DNA of 64,000 nt from Phoronis australis (lineage: Eukaryota; Animalia; Phoronida). A model generated the notes under the pieces. The model did not search any database. It saw nothing but the letters and a program-made list of their open reading frames with translations, and was not told where the DNA came from. Location of the stretch: positions 84,042 to 148,041 of the forward strand of contig NMRA01000153.1 in the NCBI GenBank assembly GCA_002633005.1, given 5' to 3'. Below, piece after piece: positions 1 through 10,700 of the stretch. Numbering within the stretch: the first letter of the stretch is position 1; the number at the start of each line of letters is the position of its first letter. Made by a program: the position numbers and the translations under genes.

Positions 1-389
1 TTTAGCCATGAAAGTTAACGGTCGTGCAGTAGTTAGTTTGTAGATGTGTAACAAAATGGAAACAGTTTATGAACGTGAGGATTCGCGTTGACCTGCCCCT
101 GACATACCCCAGTCTTGGTATTCAGGCTAACCGAACACATCGGTTCAGATACTCTTGAACACAGCCCCACACTCACCTCAAAACACGACTTACGAACCCA
201 AACTCCCAAACTAAATGACTCTTGGATGGCAAACATGCCTCCAGTACATGTAAATACACTTGACAGACTCTTTGATGACTCGTGCATATGATTCTTAGTC
301 ATGTAAGTCAGTTGTGTTTTTTAATGGGTAAGCCGTTTTCTGTGAGCCATGTTTGTGAGACAGTGGTTTTTAAATCGTCTCTGTTTCAG

Positions 390-3300
390 GTGTAAGTGAT
401 CGGGGGCTAGTGGTTGCCTTGGGAACGGGTCAGAGTTGTGCATGCTCTACATACGCGTCAACAGATGGCAGATGTGTGCTAGATTCGCATGCGTTAACAA
501 TAGCTAGGCGGTCTTTACTAAGGTAAGAATAGTTTTGTAAACTACAGGTAATGACCAATTTTGGCAGTGTAATGAGCTTTTTTATTTGATTGCCATCTCC
601 TTGACAGTTGTCTATTTTATTTCATCTACTGTTCATTCTGGATTTTGCTAGAAATTTTCCCACATGTTGATAATTGGTCAATTACAACCCCAGAACAAGT
701 TGTTATTACCGTTGGGTTTTGCAAATAATGAACTTATTGCAAAGTTGGGAGTAAGACATTAAGCATAAATTAATGATGTGTTAAATTGTGAGTGTTAAAT
801 TGTGTGTTTAAATTCCCCGTGCTTAAAGATCTTACGCCTGCCTAAGACTTTTTTGTGAGAGAAAAAAGGATGGGTACAGTTCATAGGTAGATGTCTGCAC
901 TGAAATCAGTGTACTGTTCTAATGAATATTTTAAAGTAGCATTTCATTATGTAATGGAACCAGGAGAGGCCTTTTGCGTAAAATGGATTGTTGAAGATGA
1001 ATTACCTTGCAGTACATGTATTGTCCTATGCCAAAATGAGTTATACACCAAATGACCTGGACTGTTATATAGATGTGCTATAGAATGTTCTGGTAGACTC
1101 ACATTGATATTAGTGCTTCTGTCTTTGAGCGTTACTATCATTACTCTTCTATCCATTAACGGTAATTTACTTTGTCATATTCTCAACAAATATGAGCATT
1201 TAGAAATTAAGTTAATTTGAAAACGCAGTTTTTTCGGTATTGTATATTTGGTAAATTTTCATAATCTGTGACATTGCAATCAGCCTTTGAATAATAGACA
1301 CGTGACCATTTTGGCAATTTGTGCGAAATAAATGAAGAATTACTGAATTATGGCTGTGACTGTCATAATGATGTAAAGTTATTAATTATAATCGTCATTT
1401 CTATTTCAGGTACATTCACAAAGAGATCAAACTCTATATAGACGGGAATAGGGTGCATTCCATATTTTCAGAAATCCCCGACTCACAGTTGCTGCAGCTG
1501 AAACCAAATGTCACTCTTCACCTCTACACAAAGCTACTACCGTGTGGGGATGCACGCTTTGATCCAGGGTGCGTCTTTGCACTGACTTTTGGCCTTTGTG
1601 ATATATTTTGGCTAATGTATAACTACTAACAATTTCTTTGTACTGTAGAATTAGCAGTACTTTGATAAACAGGGCTTCATGCATTGAAAGTGCACTGTAG
1701 ACCGGAAACATATGTGTGATGTGATAGGTGTATGACGGTGTAGATCAAACTTTGTGCTCTCGGAATATTTTCTAATTATTGATTATCGACATTCCCATTT
1801 CATCCTTGGTTGCAGTTCTGTCATGATACGCATGTCATTATCTCCATAGCAACTGCCCCACTTTAACCTCTCAGGAGATCTTGGACCTGTCCGATGACTA
1901 CCACGAGGGCTTATTTATTGGCAAGTTTGATGGGACTCTCAGCACAAAAACGACTGTTGGTAAGTTCTTTTCAGTTGCTTGGCTGTTTCATACTTGCACC
2001 AAGTGTTGGAATTACAAATCTACTTGTCCTGGCCACTTTGTGCTGCATCCTTCAGGTTTTGGAAAACATGTTAATTTTTCTCTTTTTGCACGCACAATCA
2101 GCATTTAGTGATGGGAATTCTTGACCAGATGAGTTGAGTGTCTTGTTTCTCTAGACAAAAAAATCATGTATGTGAGTTTCGCTTGATTATGTTACTTTCT
2201 AAGGCTGATGATGACTACTTGGGCAATATTTACGTTAAACGTTGTTGCTTTCAATTTCCAAACTTGGTGAGCCAGCCATGCATTTTGACATGACTTAAGG
2301 ATGTTATCAACAAGCTCTGTACATGTTTGTAGGTCAAGGTACCCACCTTCTTGATTGTGAGCGGCCGTACAACCCTACAATGGCAGGCCTGAAGCCAGGC
2401 TTTCCACTACCCATTATGTCATGCAGCGATAAGTTGATGAGCTGGAACATTCTTGGGCTTCAGGGCGCCCTCTTCAGTCACTTCATCACTCCAGTTTACA
2501 TCAGCACATTCACTTTAGGTAAGGATGTTAAGTGTCGCACTCTGTATTCAGTTCATTACACTAGTGTACTCTGGAACATTAACAAGTTTTGCGACCCTTT
2601 TTGATAAGTCGACATACATTTTTACATGGGCCAGGTATGTAGTGTCACATTGGGCATTTCCATTGTTTGTGCAATTTGCTGTTCACAGTTTTATCTCAGA
2701 GTCATTAGGTGGCATTCAAAATAGCGCTATTTACCCACAATACTGTGCTGTTATCTTATTAACATATGCAATTTTAAAGAAATTTGGCGCATGTGAAATA
2801 GGCTTTGAACAATGTATTATTCTGACACCTCTCTTCATTTGGTAAAAGTTTCTGGAATATATGCGCCCACATATGTGGATGCATTATGCTATCATCCCAT
2901 CCGTACGGCATTTGTCCGGCTTCCAGCATCTGCTGCTCTATCTCCGAAGCAGTTTGATGTATGTTTGTGAAATTCTGCACATATGTTCCTGTCATGGATA
3001 GGAAGGCATCTGATAGATCTGAATACCAGTGTGCCCCCTAGTGGCAATTTTAGTTTTTTATGTTTACCTCTGTATCTTCAATGGTCCTCAACGTATTTTC
3101 ATAAAATTTGGCATATAGGCATCTATTAGTGAGATGACACTACCCTCCCGGTTTCGGATAGATTCGATGGATTCAACGTATTTTTGCACCACTTAGTGGC
3201 TATTTTTACTGTTTTCGAGTCTGTTTTTGGTGTCCACCCCTCTATCAACCAAACCGCTCTAAGCATGATTATGAAAAATTGGCATGTATGTTCTAACTAT

Positions 3301-5722
3301 GAAGAGGACAGCTGACGATGATTTTCCAACTTTGACTTGTGTGGCTCCTCCTTGTGGCAGTTTTGTTTTTTTTTGCACCCATCTTTACTAAATTTAGCAA
3401 GTGCATTTATATGAAGTTGATAACGAACGACGACGACCATTCTAAAGACGATTTTGTAAATTGGAGTATATGTTCTCAGTGTAAAGAGGATGTTTGACGA
3501 TGATGACTTCAACTACTGTGGCACCTGCTATTGGTAGTTTTGTTTTGTTTCGCTTTGCGCCCATAGCTGTGTCTCGTAAACCCACTGCAGGATTTTTATT
3601 AAAATTTGTAAGCGTATTTATATGAAGCCAGCAACAGACGACAATGACTTTCAGAGGGATCCAACAAACGCTGTGCCCCCTAGTGGCAATTTCATTTTTT
3701 TCCGTTTTCTTTTGTTCCTCTGAAGTTCCTTGACAGATTTTTATGAAATTTAATATTTAGCTTTCTAGGAAAGAAATGATAGGATGTTTTCGTTTTCGGA
3801 TGGATTTGACATTTTTTATGTTATCTAATAGCCATTTTTATGATACAAGCAAAAAACCCTAGAAGCACACCTTTTGTGGTGCATTCGTGGGTGCATTTCA
3901 ACGCCCATTTTTCAAAGATTGAACATTGAGTAAAATATAAATGCCTCAGAGACTGGGTATGTTCCTTTGTGAATGAATGGCTGGTTCCTGTTGTTTCCTG
4001 CTGTTGTGCAATCCAGAAGAAGGACAGAATTACCAGTGGGAGTTAAAGCCCTTAGTCTCAGTTCCCATTTCATGGACTTCCTGATATACGACTATTCTAC
4101 TTTTAGGTCACGGTATGGCGGGAAACGACGTTAACCCACCATTTGTTTACAAAGGACCATAGCATGCTGTTTGAACCATCACATTTGTTATCTCTGAGTT
4201 AGGGATTTATATTTTTGCTCAACGTCTCCAGGGACCATGAAACTGGGTTCCAGTTCATGAAATTTTAAGTCTCAAAGTTTGAGTGTTGGCATGACATCAG
4301 CAGCATTGCTCAAAAAGCGCAATGTGACACGCGGTGGATTGACAGCATTATTATTTCAGTCGGACTGAAATAGTTTCATGAAACGGAGCCCAGTTGTTGA
4401 GATGTTTGACAAAATAAAATTCTATATGTACACTATCTTGTGTGCTAAATTGAGCATTTTTTGTAGACATGTGCCTAAATATCCTCTATATGGGGTCGAG
4501 GTCTAAATTCTAAACTCAAATTCAAACTTATTTTTCACATTTTCCACCCTACTTTTGTGCAAGCTCAAGCTCTAGGTCAGTATCTATTATTCTGTGCTCC
4601 AGTACATTATGGTTTGCACACATTACTCTCTAGTCTCTAGTCTAAGTTTGCATTTAACGGCACATAGATTAGAGGTACAAGCTTGCGTAAGAAATCGAGA
4701 TTTCAAGTTAAAACTTGAGATTTTCTCCAGGCCCTCGTATAAATTGAGATGGCAGTGGAGAAAGTGAGAATTCTGTAATTTAATGTAAATTATCCCCACT
4801 CTTCGAATTGAATGAGTCAAAGTGTTCATTCTATTACTGAACTTGATTATTGTGTAAACCAGGTCATGCATTCACTCACGGCCACTTGTACAGAGCCACC
4901 TGTTGTCGACTAGACGTGAACGATGTAGAGAAGTTCCCTCTAGGATTCGACATGAACCATCCACGTGTGGGCTACCCGCTGAAGGGTCAGCCTGATTATA
5001 CTGAGCACGACAATCCACTGAGCATAAACTGGATGGAGACAGATGAAGAGATTGAGGTGCTAGATGGAAGAATGGGGCGCAGTATTGAACAGTAGGTGTT
5101 TGTTGGAGTGGTGAACACTTGCTTTCCAGATCTTGTCCCAATTGTATATTGTTTAAATTTCTAGACGGGGCTTCTGGATCGAGTCAAAACTGAACAATCA
5201 AGTGAAGTTAGTCACATTTTAAGCGCAAAATTTTCTCTAATAAATGCCATGTTTTTTCTGTGTTTTCCCAGTACATGTGCCGCGAGTAAAGCTAAGTGCG
5301 ATGACATGCTGCAGTGGTAGTGCAGTGGGATATTGCAGTCATTGTATTGTGTCTACCAAACGGATAACTGTTCATGTAGTTCTCTGTCCTAAAGTGCGTT
5401 TGTCTCTTCCTTAACGAAGTCTTGATTGATTCCTCTACTATCTTGTCTAAGTGTTCTATATTTGGATATTTATAGGTCGCCATTCAGGACAAGTCCAGCA
5501 GGGGCCAGTCGTCTGTGTAAGGCTGCATTCTACCATAGGTTCAAGGAGTTAGCCACAATGTCCAAGAGGTTGAACCTGACCAAGTTTAACTGTTACCGAG
5601 AAGCAAAACAGGCTGCGAGCAAGTATGTAGAGGCTAAGGCAGTGCTGTACACACTGCTAGATAAAGAGCGGTTTGGTCGGTGGTTGAGGATGCCCATGGA
5701 CTTTGAACTGTTTCAAAAGTAG
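390..5722 (+). CDS. ADAR/ADAD-like adenosine deaminase domain protein (3' part, 6 exons; 5' exons upstream of window); predicted catalytically inactive
   Basis: Exons 390-522, 1410-1568, 1850-1959, 2333-2518, 4863-5091, 5476-5722, all AG/GT flanked and phase-consistent. Peptides [88 protein letters not shown] are hallmarks of the ADAR deaminase domain. AATAAA at 6084-6089. Confidence 0.93.
2858..3906 (-). mobile_element. HINE-like copy, antisense in the ADAR/ADAD-like intron
   Basis: Reverse complement matches 61920-63450: terminal hairpin ATGCGCCCACAT/ATGTGGATGCAT 2861-2884, monomers with GTGCCCCCTAGTGGCAA at 3031 and 3673, left sub-TIR variant 3886-3896. Confidence 0.75.
4243..4393. mobile_element. 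Short Harbinger-like MITE
   Basis: Inverted ends CTGGGTTCCAGTTCATGAAA / TTTCATGAAACGGAGCCCAG. Confidence 0.5.
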
Positions 5723-7765
5723 TTTTTTATCGCTTTTTATTGGAGAGCCAGAACAGTGATCTGTGAACATACAAAGCACAAGATTTGAGGACAACATTCA
5801 GATGGGAGAAGTCAGTTGAAGCCAGTTTATTTTGAATAAGACTAGACCATATTAAAATAATCTGTTTAGATGTAGGATTCAGTGTGACTTGTGTGGTTGC
5901 CTTGCTGTAAGGTAACTGTTGTGTGCACTTTTGATATATTTTGGTGTTGTGCCAGCTTACTACTCAGTCAAAGACACGGCCAAGACAACTTCTGGCACAT
6001 ACTGCTAATTTTTTATCATTCATATACTTTTATGTATTGTCACGAAAAGACACGGTCTTATTGCATTTTAAAAATTTGTTGTCAATAAATCTTTTAATTT
6101 ATAGATTGTCCTAGGTTTTTATGTCTGTTGGATTCATTAAAGTAATTGATTTGCAAATCAGCAGTAACAATAACTGAATTGGAAGCATTTTAAACTAAAA
6201 AGCAATTTTTCATACTATATAATTCAGTATCAAACAAAACATTTCAAACAATAAATAACAGTGCACTGTACTTGTGCAGGTAATAAAAACATTGAAACTC
6301 AACTAGTGACGTGTTGCTAGACTATGTCTTTCAATACACCATACTATAACATGACTGACCTATGGCCATTTAATCGTGTTTCTTAATGCAGACAGACAAG
6401 TGTAACTCAACAGCATGATACACTAGGAGAATCCGTTTTGGGGATTTCACTCACGGCGTTGTTCTTGTGCACTGTGGGATAGCGCTGTCACAGATCACTT
6501 ATGGACATTGGATTAATAACTTGTGTTTTCGGTAATGAGATTTTACTACAGCGTTGGTTGGTGTTTAACTTTTGATTCAGAAACTTTCACACAAAAGATT
6601 TGCAAACCTATGCGATAATTTTGTGCATTTCGAGGCTCATTTTCAGCCTTATATTTTTGTATGATGGTTGCATAGCTGTATTCACACAAAAAGGCACATT
6701 GCAGGTGACCTGTGTTTCCCACATTTTCTTTACACGTCGCCAAGTTATCTGGGATGTCATTGGATGCTTATTGGCTGACAACCATCCCACAATGCATTTG
6801 ATAAATGACCACAATGCCGTAAATGAAATCTCCCAAATTCTATCCTTGAACATCTAATTGTGAGGCTGGATCTGTGTGTAACATTAACCTGCTGTGGCCT
6901 GAACACCACTTTTGCCTTATTTTGACTATTTACTGTGTCGTCTTCATCAACACTACTTAAAAGCACTGCACAAACATCTGTAATTTCAATTTAAAAATGG
7001 TGACATGGAACATAAACAAATTTTTGTTAATTAGAGCCACAAACCTAAAATGGCTGCAGTTATCTATAGTGTAAAGGTTAACTAGAGGTTCACTAGGTGC
7101 CACTAGTGAAACAATTCTGCAGATTATGCTTGTATTCAAGTAATTTTGAGGGACCACTACCACGAATGCACCTCCTTGCAGATGAAATGCTTACCGCTCT
7201 CTATTGAGAGATGTTAAAAAGAGTGATCTTCAAGAGTATCAAAAGAGGGAAGTAACTTTAACAATTCAAATACCTTTGCGAGAAAAAATCTTAGCTATGA
7301 ATTGTTGGTGATTACAGTACATTCTGACATCTTTAGTCTTGATCTTATTGGCAAAGTAAGTGATTGGTTTCACTAAGGAATGAAATCACTGTATCGAACC
7401 AGGAAGTGTAAACTTGAAGCATGGAAAGATGGCTAACTGACTACAGTTGAACCGTGTTATGATGCAACAAATCTGGTTTATTAACATATACTTGGCAGAA
7501 ACATTCCATTCCACAAGATTCGGGCCAGCTGTACTACATACAGATTGGTTAGAGCAAACTTTGGTTTCAACAGAGAAAGTTTTTGGAAAGATATGGGAGG
7601 GTTTGTTGTAACACACTTAGACTGTAGCTCAAAAATGTGCAAAACACAACACTCCCAGAAATCTTTTAAAATTTTCGATTTGAAAACAACAAACTACATC
7701 AATGTTCAGAAGTAAAACTATATCAAACATATAAATGCATGAATAAGCCGTTTTCACTAAATAGC

Positions 7766-10700
7766 CTAAAATTCTGTTGTGATGTTTGTCATGTCTGCAG
7801 GTGTTCTTGATCGTGAGTGTGGTGAGACAGCTCTGAGAGGAGACCGTGCCCTGGGCTGCATGTCTTGTAAATTCTGTGGCACATCGATGTACAGCTGGTG
7901 GTTGGGGGCTCGCGGTACAGGTGTTGACCTTAGCGATTGGTCATGATACAACGCACTCACTGGTGTGTTCACCCGGGAGTTTCCAGTCCCTGAATGCACT
8001 TTCTCACTCGGAGACAATGGTCTGTTTCCTGACCCTGGAAAAGATTTCTGGGTCGGAGACAACGGTCTGTTTCCTACCCCTGAATGTGTTGGAGTCCTCG
8101 CTCTGTGCCCAGCTTCAGGAAATGGCAGTTCCATTGTTTTTGTCACTTGGTAATGGAAGAAGTTTGAGTTGTTATTGGGATATGTTGACCTGGTAGTGTC
8201 TGCGTTGTTTTCAATCATGTAAGGTTGGGGTGTGTTCGTTCGTGAGTGGCCAGGTGTGGATGCAACACTGTTAGGCTGGGTAACATCACCAAAATCAAAC
8301 GCTTCATTAATATTCCACATGTTGTCCTGACTCTCGCACAACCCCTCATCATCGCTGGGATCTGGTGCAGAGTGCTGGCACCGGATCATACGCTTAGGAT
8401 CTAGACTTTTCTCTTCACACCTGAAATAAACAGAAATGAGCTGCATAAAGGATTACCAAACAAGCACAAACTGTGCTTTTAAATGCATCTTTTGTGAAAA
8501 TGAACAATTCAATATCTTGTGACCTGCTTATTTTCTTCCTAGAATACATACACGGTAAAATTTGTATCCCAAACCGAAGTTTATCAAATTACTGTATAAT
8601 GTATAACACAGTGTAGCACACACTCCTGACATAGTGACAAAAGTTATTGACAAATGGCACTTGGTCAGCCGAGTAGGGACAAGCTAAGAGTGTGTGATTT
8701 AATAAAGAGATATATAACTAAATTTAAAGGACTAGTGTGAGAACAGAGCACAGATGTCAGTAGCTATGGGATTGAAGTTACAAAGTGTAAGTGACCATGC
8801 AGCACATTTCTTCTTAGTTCTAGTTCATGCACTCAGCCCTTCGCATGATCTTGTAATACTCGGATAAAATATTTCAGTCAAGATGGATATGTGTTGTGCT
8901 ATATTTGTAAACTTGGGAGCAGAATTAGACTTACCTTATGTACCACTCATTAGAACTACGTCCGACCCGTGATCCGGGAACACCTGACCTCCACTTAACA
9001 CAATTAGGAAGTGTTCTCTCCAGGTATAATGTCAACCTTGCAGTCTGCAATAAATGGAGGAATCATAGTGAAGATAATATTTAGACAACTAAAACTTAAA
9101 CACGCAGTACTGGGTTTAAAATGCGGCTCAACATATGACTGAGGAAGAATTTCAATTAATATGTTCATTTGTTAGCAATATGCTGACTCGATGCGCATGT
9201 GATGTTCCTAAGTCCTGTTCATAAAGCGCTGCACACCATCGGAGTTATTTTAATGTAACGAGATAATTAACCAGCATTGGTCATTCAGAGTAACTAGTCG
9301 AAAAGTGAATTTTGATGCGGGAATGAGACAATTTGTATGAAATAATTTACCTGTAGTTTCCAGGCAGCGCATACGTCCTTGTAGTCTGCTTTATAAGTGT
9401 GAGCCGTCATAGCAATCAGAAGGCTCATTAAGATAATAAATACGACGAACATATAAACAATGTATAGAGCCAGGGCAAGGCCAGGGTAACTGGATTCAGT
9501 CAGGCTCTGTAACAAAACAAAAATACTTTCAGTTATGAGTTAAAACGACAATACTACAAACATTTTTAATAAAACATTAAGGTTTCTTCAACTTTTACCA
9601 TATGGTTACAGTACTTTTATCGCAGAAAGAGCCCAGTGATGGAATATCATACTGGGACATCTCAGTATGTTAGCTAAACATCTATGCAACTAACTGGTTG
9701 TGATATTGTGAATACATATGTATACACACTGCTAAATCTGTCTAATACATTAGACTAAAAGCTGAGTTTAACACTTATTTGAAATTAAAGCTGCCATGAA
9801 CTGTATAACATAGAAAGGCATATATTATATTATTCAAAAAGTAGTTTACCATTCTTGTTTGCCACAGAGAAATCAATGTGAAAAATCAAAATTGAAAAAC
9901 ACTTAAGACAAACAACATTAAACATACTTTGAGATCCTCAAGCCCAACCACGATTTTGATCAGTGCCAACATTGTGCTGCCATAGTCTGTAAATGATGGG
10001 GGCGGTGAGGGGGTCTCTTTGAACAACAAGATGAATGCTGGAATAGTAAATGTTATACAAAGGTAAGTATCTCTTTCAAGGTGTGATGTAAAAGGTGATG
10101 TAAAAGGTGATGTAAAAGGTGATGTCTTCACATTCATACAAATCATTTTGATGGTGAGAACACTTCAATTGCAGGATAAGCTTAGGAGGTACTACATATT
10201 TGTAGTTCCGTAGTTCTGCCCCGGCTTGTGAAACTTTTAGCAAAGAGGAACATAATGTGCTCAATTACGTCTTCTTTTGCCGAATATACATCTGATGGTG
10301 ATATGATACTAACACTTGATTGACTGCTCACTGGTTAAGTTAGAAAGAATAATCTTATTTTAATAAAAACAACTTAAATCGACTTGACATGTTTCAGTGT
10401 CATTTATTCAAACACCATCGTCAGAAGAGAGAATATAGTGTCCACCTACCTAGGCTCAGTAACAAGTGATGAAACACAGACACAGTCAGTTACAGGGAGT
10501 GGCAATCATGGTTCTTGAATAAATGACACCGAAACATGTCAAGTCGACTTAAAACCGTAGTTGTTTTTATTAATCTATGCTGCTACTTGCTATCATGGAG
10601 ATTATCTCATTTACAGAGATCAGAATGTAACAGGGCTTGAGGAACAATTGGATTTTATTATCCCTTTGACCCCTAATTAGCATATCATGACCAAACTAAA

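Noticed and set aside
33-302. 89-aa minus ORF, or an extra ADAR-like exon at the window start
   Set aside because: No homology motif, and the plus-strand frames tested contain stops.
2205-2245. CTGATGATGAC...GTTAAACGTTG hammerhead-like string (similar weak cases at 25888, 20450-20485 minus and 50584)
   Set aside because: GAAA core broken and stems weak; cannot be separated from chance.
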